A stretch of DNA of 64,000 nt, taken from positions 480,001-544,000 of the forward strand of contig CAXXKA010000006.1 in NCBI GenBank assembly GCA_963668625.2. Reading direction: 5' to 3'. Positions 10,636 through 20,195 of this stretch are shown here, piece by piece (the stretch's first letter is position 1; each line of letters starts with the position of its first letter). The notes beneath the pieces are model-generated. The model saw only the letters and a program-made list of their open reading frames with translations, searched no databases and was not told the DNA's origin. The DNA is from an uncultured candidate division Zixibacteria bacterium. Lineage in GTDB: Bacteria > Zixibacteria > MSB-5A5 > UBA10806 > 4484-95. The position numbers and the translations under genes were made by a program.

Positions 10636-10665
10636 GTAATTTGCAATTATCGAATACCTTATAGC

Positions 10666-12885
10666 TTAGCTTTTCACCTTTGCGGGCTCTTCCTCAACCA
10701 CACGATGTTTACACAGGGGGCAGTAGAGATGGTCGCCTTTGGCCTGGGTGCTTTTTTCAACCATGTAAGCGTTGCCACAACTGGGACATTGCTTGTTGAC
10801 CGGTTTCGACCAGAGCGAGAATTTGCAATCGGGATAGCGCGAGCAGGAAAAGAATATTTTACCTTTGCGGGATGAACGCTCGAGTATCTCGCCATCACAA
10901 CCATCCTCAGGGCATTTAACTCCGGTGGGTATACTCTGCGTGGTTTTGCAATCGGGATATTTGGAACAGGCCATGAACCTGCCGAACCTGCCGTGACGAA
11001 TCTCCATCGGGGAGCCGCAGTTGGGGCATTTTTTGTCGGTTTTCTCGATCTCGTTACCCAGCGGTTTGGTGTTTTTGCAATCGGGATAAGCGCTGCAAGC
11101 CAGGAATCGGCCGTTACGCCCGAATTTTATCACCATTGCCGAGCCGCATTTATCGCAAACCTCGTCGGTTTCCTCGATAGTTTGTTTTTTGATATTCTTG
11201 GTGTTGGCCTCGACCCGTTTCAAGTCATCACTGAAAGGATTGTAAAATTCCTTGAGCACTTTTACCCAATCCTCGCTGCCCTCCTCGATACGGTCGAGTT
11301 CCTCCTCCATCTCGGCGGTGAAATCGGTGTTGAAAATATCCTCGAAATTTTCAACGAGTATTTTCGTTACCATTTTACCCAGGTCGGTGGGTTTGAAACG
11401 CCTCTGATCCAACTCGACATATTTGCGAGCGGTCAGGGTAGTGACGATCTGAGCGTATGTTGACGGTCTTCCGATCCCTTTTTCCTCGAGTTCCTTAACC
11501 AGGCTGCCGGAGTTGAAACGGGGGGGAGGTTGCGTGAAATGCTGTTCGGGTTTTATCTCCGAAAGCTTCACTTTGTCGCCGTCCTTGAGTTCGGGTATTT
11601 TCTTTTTCTTGGAATCGTCATCGATGCCGTTTTTATAGGCTTTCAGCCAACCCTCGAAAACCAGTTCCTGCTCGGAAGCCCTGAAAGTATACTTGCCTCC
11701 GAGAAACTCGGCGGTTTTAGTCGCGTATTGCGCATCCGCCATCTGTGAGGCCATGAATCTCGACCAGATCAGGCTATACAGACGGTTCTGGTCGCGGGTA
11801 AGGTATTTTTTGACTGCGGCCGGATCTTTATAAGAGGAGGTCGGCCTGATCGCCTCGTGAGCATCCTGCGCTGATTTTTTGGTTTTATAGAAACGGGGTT
11901 TTTCGGGATTAAAATCCTTGCCGAAAGTTTCAGCGATATATTTAGCGGCTTCATCCTGGGCTATCTTGGCGATACGAACCGAATCGGTACGCATATATGT
12001 GATAAGACCGATCTGGCCCTCGCCGCCGATTTCCACACCCTCGTAAAGTTGCTGGGCGATTGTCATCGTTTTCTTGTTATTGAAACCCAGTTTACCATAA
12101 GCATCTTGCTGAAGCGTGCTGGTTATGAAAGGCGGCGGAGGTTGACGTTTTAAGCTGCCTTTCTTAAACGAGGAAACCTCGTATTTTTGCTCTTTGATAT
12201 CTTTGCATATTTCATCGGAAAGGTTCTGGTTATCTATCTCTGGCTTTTTGCCTTCTATTTTAACCAGACGAGACGGGATTTTGGTAGATTTACCGGCTAT
12301 GAATTCAGCATCGATTGTCCAGTATTCCTGGGCAACGAATTTGTCGATTTCATCCTCTCGCTCGCAAATAAGACGAAGAGCGACCGACTGAACGCGACCG
12401 GCAGATAATCCATAGGTGATAGTTTTCCACAGCAGGGGAGAGACCTTGTAACCAACCAGCCTGTCCAGTATTCGTCGTGCCTGCTGTGCGTTTACCAGAT
12501 TGCTATCTATCTCTCCGGCGTTTTTAATACCATCGAGAACCGCTTGCTTGGTAATCTCATTGAAAGTGACACGATAGACATTAGCTTTGGTTTTGCCCAA
12601 ATTATTAGCGATATGATAAGCAATCGCCTCGCCCTCTCGGTCTGGATCGGGAGCTAAGTATATATCACTGGCTTTCTTTCCCAGTTTCTTTATTTCGGTT
12701 AAGATCTTTCCCTTACCCTTGATTGTCACGAACTGCGGCTCGAAATCCTTATCGATATCCACGCCGAGTTTCGATTTAGGGAGATCGATGATGTGCCCGT
12801 TCGTTGAGGCAAGCTGATAGCTTTTTCCGAGAAATTTCTGCAATGTCTTAGTCTTTGTCGGCGACTCGACTATCAGTAATTTCAC
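10666..12885 (-). CDS. topA: DNA topoisomerase I with C-terminal zinc ribbons
   Basis: LIVESPTK, DPDREGEAI, SAGRVQS, ITYMRTDS, GIGRPSTYA and repeated C4 zinc fingers. Confidence 0.98.
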   Translation of the reverse strand: MKLLIVESPTKTKTLQKFLGKSYQLASTNGHIIDLPKSKLGVDIDKDFEPQFVTIKGKGKILTEIKKLGKKASDIYLAPDPDREGEAIAYHIANNLGKTKANVYRVTFNEITKQAVLDGIKNAGEIDSNLVNAQQARRILDRLVGYKVSPLLWKTITYGLSAGRVQSVALRLICEREDEIDKFVAQEYWTIDAEFIAGKSTKIPSRLVKIEGKKPEIDNQNLSDEICKDIKEQKYEVSSFKKGSLKRQPPPPFITSTLQQDAYGKLGFNNKKTMTIAQQLYEGVEIGGEGQIGLITYMRTDSVRIAKIAQDEAAKYIAETFGKDFNPEKPRFYKTKKSAQDAHEAIRPTSSYKDPAAVKKYLTRDQNRLYSLIWSRFMASQMADAQYATKTAEFLGGKYTFRASEQELVFEGWLKAYKNGIDDDSKKKKIPELKDGDKVKLSEIKPEQHFTQPPPRFNSGSLVKELEEKGIGRPSTYAQIVTTLTARKYVELDQRRFKPTDLGKMVTKILVENFEDIFNTDFTAEMEEELDRIEEGSEDWVKVLKEFYNPFSDDLKRVEANTKNIKKQTIEETDEVCDKCGSAMVIKFGRNGRFLACSAYPDCKNTKPLGNEIEKTDKKCPNCGSPMEIRHGRFGRFMACSKYPDCKTTQSIPTGVKCPEDGCDGEILERSSRKGKIFFSCSRYPDCKFSLWSKPVNKQCPSCGNAYMVEKSTQAKGDHLYCPLCKHRVVEEEPAKVKS

Positions 12886-12906
12886 GATGTCCTTTCCGTT
12901 CTGATG

Positions 12907-13164
12907 TTATAATTCCGGGAAGAGTTCCTCTTCTGAAGACGTATCTTCCTTAATAGTGAATTTAACTTTACCCTCGGCTAAGGCCGTGATAGCCTCGACT
13001 GTTACCTTGGTTTTGAAAGATGGCGGAATTTCCTCAGGGCCAACACTTTCAGTAACAGATAACCGCTCCAAATTAATCTTTCTGGAAAGCTTGGAGGCTA
13101 CTATAACAGCCTCGTACTTGTTGCTGGTGTATTTAGCCACTTTCTTCTTGATATCGTAATCCAT
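12907..13164 (-). CDS. rpoZ: RNA polymerase omega subunit
   Basis: NKYEAVIVASK..R.IN and K.TV.A..L..GK; located after gmk. Confidence 0.85.
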   Translation of the reverse strand: MDYDIKKKVAKYTSNKYEAVIVASKLSRKINLERLSVTESVGPEEIPPSFKTKVTVEAITALAEGKVKFTIKEDTSSEEELFPEL

Positions 13165-13196
13165 CTGCCTCCCAACATTGAAATCTATCGGCGTAT

Positions 13197-13835
13197 TTAT
13201 GTTAAACCTAACAGTTTACTGAGTGATTTGTTCCAATAATCTTTATCGTTAAGTCGATTCGTTTTTAATCTCTCTACGTTGATAATGCTATCCACTTCAG
13301 CAACAGCGTCATCCAGATCATCATTAACTACAACATAGTCGTATTCGTTCCATACATTTAATTCGTGGATTGCAGTATCGAGCCTTTCATTAATGATATT
13401 GTCGCTGTCGGTATTCCGGCCTTTCAGCCTGTTTTTTAACTCCTCCAGGCTGGGGGGAAGGATAAATATTGTAATCGATTCCGGCAACTGTTTTTTTATC
13501 GATTTTCCGCCCTGAATATCGATGTCTAGCATAACAACCTTGCCCTCGGCTATACTGGCCCGTAAAGGCGCTTTAGGAGTTGCATACCAATTGTTAACAT
13601 AACAAGCATGTTCGATAAACTCGTTACTATCTTTAGCTTTTTCGAATTCGGGCTCAGTCATGAACATGTAATCTACCCCATCAACTTCCTCGCCTCGGGG
13701 TTTTCTGGTGGTTGCCGAGATGGAATAAATATAGTCCTCGTGCGAGTCGATAAGCCTATGGCATATAGTGGTTTTCCCTGTGCCGGAGGGGGATGATACA
13801 ACAACTGCTAATCCCGGCCGTTTGTTTAAATTCAT
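13197..13835 (-). CDS. gmk: Guanylate kinase
   Basis: SPSGTGKTT, SISATTRKPR.EVDGVDY, LDIDIQG, FILPPS. Confidence 0.97.
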   Translation of the reverse strand: MNLNKRPGLAVVVSSPSGTGKTTICHRLIDSHEDYIYSISATTRKPRGEEVDGVDYMFMTEPEFEKAKDSNEFIEHACYVNNWYATPKAPLRASIAEGKVVMLDIDIQGGKSIKKQLPESITIFILPPSLEELKNRLKGRNTDSDNIINERLDTAIHELNVWNEYDYVVVNDDLDDAVAEVDSIINVERLKTNRLNDKDYWNKSLSKLLGLT

Positions 13836-13902
13836 GTGATGTTAATTTTGATTGCTACTTTTAGTTTTTATCACTACTTCGTTATTACTACATTAAATTC
13901 TA

Positions 13903-14781
13903 TTATTCGATATTCATTGCCTGTTCGCGAAGTTTTTCCAGTTCATCTTTAATATTGATAACTCGTTCGGAGATATTGTAATTAGATGATTTCGAGGCTA
14001 TCGTATTGGCCTCGCGATGCATCTCCTGAAGGATAAATGTCAGACGTTTGCCTATCGCGCCGCCTTTGGAGAGCGTGTTCTCGTAATTATCCATATGCGA
14101 TCTTAAACGAGTAAGCTCTTCCGTGATATCTATTTTCTCGGCAATAATAGCTACCTCAGTGGCGATTCTCTGCTGGTCAACCGGATAGTCTCCCTGAATT
14201 TCTTTGATTCTTTGGTCGAGTTTATCCCGGTAAGTATCGATATTAGTCCCCGCAATCTCAGTGATATCATCGATATAGTTGGCAAACATTTTTAAGCGGG
14301 TCATGAAATCCTGATAAAGGTTAGCACCCTCCTCCAATCTCATCTCGGATAAGCTATTGAGGGCATCTAAACATAACGGCTCGATATCTTGCCAAATATT
14401 TTCCAGTTCGATATCGTTGTTTTGCGGCGTAATCAAATCCGGCAAACCAACGAAAGCATCTATACTGAGATTGCCGTCAAGATTGTACCGCTTTTGAAGA
14501 TCGCTGTAGGCTTTGAAATACATATCGGCGATCTCGGTGTTTAACTCCATACGATTGCCCAACTCGACATTATCCTCGAATGAGAGGGAAAAGTTCAGTT
14601 TGCCGCGATGCACTTTTGTCGATAGCAGTTTCTTGACTTTCTGTTCCAGCCCTATTAAGGTGCGCGGCAGCCTTACCTGTAATTCCAGGTAGCGATTGTT
14701 AACCGAAGTTATCTCAACAACGGCTAAATGATCATTAAGGACGCGTTCGGCCCGTCCGTAGCCGGTCATACTTGAAATCAT
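13903..14781 (-). CDS. yicC: YicC/YloC family endoribonuclease
   Basis: SMTGYG, SVNNRYLE, DITEELTRL.SH, GKRL.F..QEM.REANT..SK, EKLREQ..NIE. Confidence 0.95.
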   Translation of the reverse strand: MISSMTGYGRAERVLNDHLAVVEITSVNNRYLELQVRLPRTLIGLEQKVKKLLSTKVHRGKLNFSLSFEDNVELGNRMELNTEIADMYFKAYSDLQKRYNLDGNLSIDAFVGLPDLITPQNNDIELENIWQDIEPLCLDALNSLSEMRLEEGANLYQDFMTRLKMFANYIDDITEIAGTNIDTYRDKLDQRIKEIQGDYPVDQQRIATEVAIIAEKIDITEELTRLRSHMDNYENTLSKGGAIGKRLTFILQEMHREANTIASKSSNYNISERVINIKDELEKLREQAMNIE

Positions 14782-14873
14782 AATCTCCTCAAAACAGCTT
14801 GATATAATATAAAAAACACGCGGGATGTCAATAAATTCTTGACATTGACCGCAAAATTAAATCAGTTTGGGTT

Positions 14874-16418
14874 ATGAAAACACAACTTCTCACCGCATTT
14901 GATATTCACTTTCTGGCCGTCGAATTATCGAGTCTGTTGACCGGTAAGGCCGTCAAATCTATAGTTTTTAGATCGGGAGACTATTATTTTACTGTAGATG
15001 ATATTAAATTCAAATTCAGCGTATTCAGGGGATCTCCATACTTAACTCATTGTGATAAAATCACTTCAGGGCAAAACCGTCTTAACATTATATATGGCGG
15101 AGTCATTCAAAAGGTCAACCAGATAAGATCGGACAGGCTTCTCGGATTCGAAATTGTCTCATTTGACAGATTGGGGAAACGGAAGACTTATTGTCTATAT
15201 CTCGAGATTTATAAAAATGGAAATATAGTCATGACCGACAGCCAGAATAAAATAATGTTCAGTCACAGAAAAAGTTATTCGAGCGGAGATATCTATAAGC
15301 CAGGGAGTAAATCCGGATTTAGTTTGCTCGATCACGATTTATCGAAAGAAATTACCCGGGAGAATATTGAGCAAATTATAGAGTTAAAAACATTCCAGCA
15401 CTCGGCCGTATTCGAAAAGCTATCCGGATACGATACGAATAAATTCATCGATAATTGCCTGCGTAAGCCTCAATATGGCTTATTACATGATAAGGCCGGG
15501 GAGCCAGCCGGTTTCGTATCGTACGGCCCGCCATATCGCGAAGGATTGGTATTCGAACCGTCCGATTCGCTTTTGGATACGATCACATTATATATCGATT
15601 CTCTGGCGGAGGATAAGAAGCCGCACATCGTTGATTATCAGAAAATGATAAAGAAAGCCGAGAAAAAACTTGCGGCAATCGCGGCGGAACTGGCTGAAAC
15701 CGAGAATTACAAACGCTATCGAATGAATGGCGAGTTGATCCTGGCGAATATGCATACCATTAAAAAGGGTCAGACACGGGTTGAACTGGAGAATCACGAT
15801 GCCGGTGACGACTCGGAGAAAATCGTGACGATTGCTCTGGAGCAATCATTACCGCCGGATAAAAACGCCGCCGCATATTTCGATAAAGCCCGCAAGCTCG
15901 AAACCGCTATTCCGATAATCAGCAAACGCTATGAAAAACAGAAAGCGGAAATAGAGAGGCTGAAAAAGCTCGATTCCGGCGAGATAGAGGACGATTTTCA
16001 GGCGAGGAAAACCGCTCGAGCCGGTAAGCAATATCAGTCTAAGATACCATTCAAGCAGTACGATTTCGGTAACGGTTGGAGAGCTTATGCCGGTAAATCG
16101 GCGAAATCCAACGATCAACTAACATTCGGTTTTGCCAATAAAGATGATTTATGGTTTCACGCCTGGCAGACACACGGCTCGCATGTCATCCTTCGCGCGC
16201 CGCAGAAAGGCATGGCAGCCGATCACAACCTGCTTTTGAAAGCGGCCTCGCTGGCTGCTTATCTATCCAAGGCGAAATCCTCCAGCAAGGTGCCGGTGAT
16301 ATATACGGAGGTACGCTATCTTCGTAAGGTGAAGAAGGTGCCGGGCAAGGCAATTTATGCCAATGAGAAAGAGCTGATGGTAGAGCCGGTATCGCCGGGG
16401 GATATTTTGGGGAAGTAA
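14874..16418 (+). CDS. rqcH: NFACT-family ribosome quality control protein (RqcH/FbpA-like)
   Basis: NFACT-N (SDRLL, LEIY..GNIV.TD), coiled coil with NA..YF.KA.K, NFACT-R (GKSAKSND.LT, DLWFHA, GSHV). Confidence 0.85.
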   Translation: MKTQLLTAFDIHFLAVELSSLLTGKAVKSIVFRSGDYYFTVDDIKFKFSVFRGSPYLTHCDKITSGQNRLNIIYGGVIQKVNQIRSDRLLGFEIVSFDRLGKRKTYCLYLEIYKNGNIVMTDSQNKIMFSHRKSYSSGDIYKPGSKSGFSLLDHDLSKEITRENIEQIIELKTFQHSAVFEKLSGYDTNKFIDNCLRKPQYGLLHDKAGEPAGFVSYGPPYREGLVFEPSDSLLDTITLYIDSLAEDKKPHIVDYQKMIKKAEKKLAAIAAELAETENYKRYRMNGELILANMHTIKKGQTRVELENHDAGDDSEKIVTIALEQSLPPDKNAAAYFDKARKLETAIPIISKRYEKQKAEIERLKKLDSGEIEDDFQARKTARAGKQYQSKIPFKQYDFGNGWRAYAGKSAKSNDQLTFGFANKDDLWFHAWQTHGSHVILRAPQKGMAADHNLLLKAASLAAYLSKAKSSSKVPVIYTEVRYLRKVKKVPGKAIYANEKELMVEPVSPGDILGK

Positions 16419-16452
16419 GGATTATTTGAGCTTTCTTTTCACCGCTTTTCCC

Positions 16453-16550
16453 CTCATTACGAAGCGCTGCTTCGTAATGTTTTTGCAAGCGGCACAATAG
16501 AATATCTCTTCCAACGTAAGCAAGGTTCCAAAGCAGCGCTTTGGAACCAG
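16453..16550. repeat. Inverted REP doublet (REPIN-like), copy A
   Basis: CTCATTACGAAGC-GCT-GCTTCGTAATG ... GGTTCCAAAGC-AGC-GCTTTGGAACCAG; 98-nt direct repeat of 17279-17376. Confidence 0.85.
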
Positions 16551-16582
16551 GGGGGAATAAACTACCAAAGGGAGAAGTCGAT

Positions 16583-17233
16583 ATGAAATCCAAACCTTCA
16601 TTGGCAAAATGGGAGCCTATCAAAAATGCCCCTAAAAGAATGATCTTAGATAGCTTACTTGATACTTATGAAGGATTTCGTTTGCTATTAAAGGATCCAG
16701 ATACCTCAGAAACACTGAGGATAACTTTTGAAAGTCCCTATTCGTATAGAAATACAAATGAGTCTTACTTACTAAAGACTTGGGGGGAATTGGAAGGAGT
16801 TGCTAAAAGCTCATTCCATATAATTGAAGGCTCTCAACACTAGTGTCCGGTGTTTTTCGTTAAATTTTAAATTTCTCCTTGGAATTGTTAATGAAAAATA
16901 TTTTCCGATATAATTATTTTATTCAGCGTATCATTCATCCTGACATATCCTGCCGATGTTAGGCTTGGTTTTCTGGTTTCCAAGCGCTGCTTGGAAACCT
17001 TCTTGAATCATGTAGAATGCGCATTCTGCAGGCAAACAAGCCACGTTGCGAAGCAGCGCTTCGCAACGAGATGAAAAGACCGGACACTAGTGGGCTCTCA
17101 ATATATTAAATGGTTTCATGAACAAAGTGAAGGAATATACGCCACCGAACCAGTGAAACATTATGCTATCTTTACAATTGAGGATTGCGTGGAGGTTATA
17201 ACACAATTTGAACCGGTGTGTGAATGGCTATAA
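16583..17233 (+). pseudogene. Hypothetical ~128-aa protein gene interrupted by a MITE
   Basis: RBS GGGAG and ATG at 16583; removing 16838-17101 restores ...FHIIEGSQYIKWFHEQSEGIYATEPVKHYAIFTIEDCVEVITQFEPVCEWL* in frame. Confidence 0.85.
16838..17092. mobile_element. 255-bp MITE with 14-bp perfect TIRs and 9-bp target-site duplication
   Basis: TIR CACTAGTGTCCGGT ... ACCGGACACTAGTG; TSD GGCTCTCAA at 16829-16837 and 17093-17101; no ORF; internal REP doublet. Confidence 0.93.
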
Positions 17234-17278
17234 TAATATGGTCAATCACATAACCGGATAAGGGAAGCTTTTTAACCC

Positions 17279-17376
17279 CTTATTACGAAGCGCTGCTTCG
17301 TAATGTTGCCGAAAATGGCAGGAAAATACATCTCTACCAGCGCAGTCAAGGTTCCAAAGCAGCGCTTTAGAACCAG
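17279..17376. repeat. Inverted REP doublet (REPIN-like), copy B
   Basis: CTTATTACGAAGCGCTGCTTCGTAATG ... GGTTCCAAAGCAGCGCTTTAGAACCAG; about 80% identical to copy A by hand alignment, with arms conserved and spacer diverged. Confidence 0.85.
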
Positions 17377-17504
17377 GGAAAAACCGAAACGGAGTTTCTC
17401 GAACACTATCATTACCAAATAGAGTTTGGTAACGAGAAGTATCAGGAACAGGCGAACGGAGTTCTTTATTTATGTCCCGGCTCTCAGACTTACATTTAGC
17501 CAAT

Positions 17505-17537
17505 AAAAAACGGCGGTCACCATAGCAACCGCCGTTT
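17505..17537 (-). terminator. Terminator of the C1A peptidase gene
   Basis: AAAAAACGGCGGT-CACCATAGCA-ACCGCCGTTT. Confidence 0.75.
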
Positions 17538-17560
17538 GTGTTTTCTTTATCTAACAAATA

Positions 17561-19690
17561 CTATTTGAGTAATGTCACTCGTTTGGTCTCTACCTCGGTG
17601 CCGTTGGTTAGCCTGATTAAGTAGATACCGGTGGCATACTCGCCGGCGTTCCAGATATAGCTGTGTTCGCCCGCTGATTGATGTCCATCGTATAAAGTCT
17701 CTACTTTCTGTCCCAGAAGGTTGAATATCTCCAGCGAGATATCGCTGTCTGAAGGCAGGCTGTAAGCAATCGAGGTGGAGGCGTTGAATGGATTGGGAGC
17801 GGCGTTCTTGAGAGCGAACGCGCCAGGTAACGCAATGTCATCCTCAGCCACATCGACCATCTCTTCAACGAACATCGTAACCGGGATCTCGATGATCGGC
17901 TGTTCCATGGAGGTGCACATTATGCTTATAACAGCCTGATGTGTTCCCCCGGGAATACCGGTGGCATCAAAGGTGATATTGATATCCTGAGAATTGTAAG
18001 GCTCGATAATGTCGTTTTCGGGGTCGGGAGTTATCCAGGTCATCTCGGGTGGTGGATCCCCGACTATGAATTCGATTGCCAGGTTATCATGAACGAACTC
18101 CTCGTTATATGCCACCTGTGAGCCAATCGCGCCGGTGCCGTTTTCGATACCGACAGTGCATTCATCCAGGCGACCCGGGCCCATCGAGTTGTATTGATAT
18201 ACCACTTTATTGGGAGCAACGAGAATTATCTGGAACGTGAAAACACCCTGCTCCAGATCATCGGGAATAGCATCCCAGGTAACTATCGCGGAATCGGTTT
18301 CGTTGGTGTAGTACAACACCTGACCGCCTAATTCCAAATTGAGATTATCGAAAAACGCCGCCAGCATATTGTTGGGCTGATTGTAGCTGGGAATAGGTGA
18401 GTTCTCCCATTCGAGTATGAAAGCGTTGCTCATAGACGCCCAACCGTTGGTACAGATACTTATCTCATCCTCGATTTCACCATAATATTCGAAATCGAAA
18501 CCCAAATCGAGCGGGCCGGAATTACCATCATTATCGTAACCCCAGAAATCTACCACCGTAGCGACATCGGAGATATCCACCCACTCGTAGTCCGGGCCGT
18601 CTGGTTGATCGCTGTCACGATAGTAGTAGCCGAACTCATCCTGATCGGTAACCGAGAATCTGTTTATGTAATAGCGAAGATCACCATCGCCGACATTTTC
18701 CAGATGGAGCGGTAGTGTAACTTGATCGCCCTGGACGATATCTATATCGTAGGATTCGGGGGACCATTGAGCTTCGCCGATTCCGGCGTAATCGTAAAAT
18801 GGTGCGTTAGTGGCCGTGCCGATAGCGGCGGCATCATACTGGATATAGAAATAACCACCCAGTCGGCCGAACCCCGGTCCCCAGCTATTTTTAACTATCC
18901 AGGCTCCGTTGCCGTTACATTCATCATCATCCCAACCGACTATTAAAACGGCGTGATTGGTCGGTTCGGTATCGGCATGGTAGTAACATCCGCGTTGATA
19001 TGAATAAAAATCATCATATACCGTGAATGAGGTCGAAACTGGTGCTATTGCCAAAAAGCTTTTTATCACATCTACGTTATTGGGGATTGGCTGATAACCC
19101 TGAAGATTCGCCAATACCTCGCATTCCTCCTGGGTGCAGGGGATATCATCTCTTTGTAGATAAGGCATGCAAGACTCATCTATGGCGCCGAAATCCATGA
19201 ACATATTATAAGCGCTACCGCACCAGCCGCCCTCGCAACCGTCACATTCCACGACACACGAGACAATGGCCTGCTCGGATATATCCAGATCAATACCGGT
19301 GGCTATTTTATAAGCTGACTCGAAACCGGCGGTTGCCGCGAAAGCCCAGCACGAACCGCAATCCCCCTGATTGGTAACCGGGGTAACACCGCCCATCACG
19401 CGCCAGTCGAACACGGATTGGGTGTTGGTTATTGTAGGCGGGTCAACCTCGAGGTTTTCGTACATCAGGCGGACGCTGTCAGGAATAATATGGCCGAGCC
19501 GCATTCGTCTTTCCTCGAGAGGTAAATCCATGATCTCGTTATAGCCGGCCTCCCAGCTTAGTCCTTGATCCTTTATTTTACTCTGGATTGCCTCGATTTC
19601 TTCTCGTACATCGGCTTCATCGGCGTACAATGATATGCAAAATACTGCAAAAAATACGTACACCAATAACACGATAGCCTTTTTGCTCAT
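17561..19690 (-). CDS. Secreted C1A (papain-family) cysteine peptidase with C-terminal sorting-type domain
   Basis: Start reset to MSKKAIV (RBS GGAGG); FDWR, QGDCGSCWAF, NHAVLIVGW, WIVKNSWG; C-terminus PNPFNASTSIAYSLP...GIYLIRL...KRVTLLK. Confidence 0.92.
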   Translation of the reverse strand: MSKKAIVLLVYVFFAVFCISLYADEADVREEIEAIQSKIKDQGLSWEAGYNEIMDLPLEERRMRLGHIIPDSVRLMYENLEVDPPTITNTQSVFDWRVMGGVTPVTNQGDCGSCWAFAATAGFESAYKIATGIDLDISEQAIVSCVVECDGCEGGWCGSAYNMFMDFGAIDESCMPYLQRDDIPCTQEECEVLANLQGYQPIPNNVDVIKSFLAIAPVSTSFTVYDDFYSYQRGCYYHADTEPTNHAVLIVGWDDDECNGNGAWIVKNSWGPGFGRLGGYFYIQYDAAAIGTATNAPFYDYAGIGEAQWSPESYDIDIVQGDQVTLPLHLENVGDGDLRYYINRFSVTDQDEFGYYYRDSDQPDGPDYEWVDISDVATVVDFWGYDNDGNSGPLDLGFDFEYYGEIEDEISICTNGWASMSNAFILEWENSPIPSYNQPNNMLAAFFDNLNLELGGQVLYYTNETDSAIVTWDAIPDDLEQGVFTFQIILVAPNKVVYQYNSMGPGRLDECTVGIENGTGAIGSQVAYNEEFVHDNLAIEFIVGDPPPEMTWITPDPENDIIEPYNSQDINITFDATGIPGGTHQAVISIMCTSMEQPIIEIPVTMFVEEMVDVAEDDIALPGAFALKNAAPNPFNASTSIAYSLPSDSDISLEIFNLLGQKVETLYDGHQSAGEHSYIWNAGEYATGIYLIRLTNGTEVETKRVTLLK

Positions 19691-20195
19691 GATAATACCT
19701 CCTAAAAGTACACTCAAAACACTACTAATTTTCAATCTACCAGGTAAATGAATATAGTCAAGCGAAAACTGGAGAGGCAGTTGCGGCAAAATGGTGTATA
19801 GTCAAGTAATCTCGCAGTTAAAGGCGCTTTAACTAAGCTTTACTTAATACATATAAGCATAATAGTTAACAAAAAGCCAGCCATTTATATAATTGTATCT
19901 ATTCTAATTTAATGTAAAGCGGGCGATTAAAAATGGAATAACGTTTTTTAACCTGAAATAAGTAATCGATTTACGTCATATGAGTATTAGTATTATGAAG
20001 CGGTATTTTTTCAGTAAATTGGCAAAAAAAATCGGATACCAGGGAGTTAGATATGGTAAATGTCAAGGAGGCCTTACTTAATAAGCGACTATATGAATCT
20101 ATGTCTAATATAAGTTGAATTATCCGATGAAATTAATTATAAGCAGTGGGTTGTTTAGGCTGGCACAAAAGGAATAGTGGCAGCGTATTATAAAG

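Noticed and set aside
16186-16623. 145-aa minus-strand ORF and the similar 17246-17557 ORF sharing PGSKALLWNL..HYEAALRN
   Set aside because: The similarity is simply translation of the REP doublet; no independent coding evidence
16453-17376. CRISPR array or integron attC interpretation of the palindromic repeats
   Set aside because: Too few units, alternating orientation, no regular spacers, no cas or intI genes, and no RYYYAAC/GTTRRRY ends
20093-20120. Second weak dif-like site ATGAATCTATG-TCTAAT-ATAAGTTGAAT
   Set aside because: Only the XerD-like arm partly matches; expected by chance in AT-rich DNA
19790-20195. Replication origin at the strand-switch region
   Set aside because: No DnaA-box cluster seen and no dnaA/dnaN nearby; GC skew could not be computed
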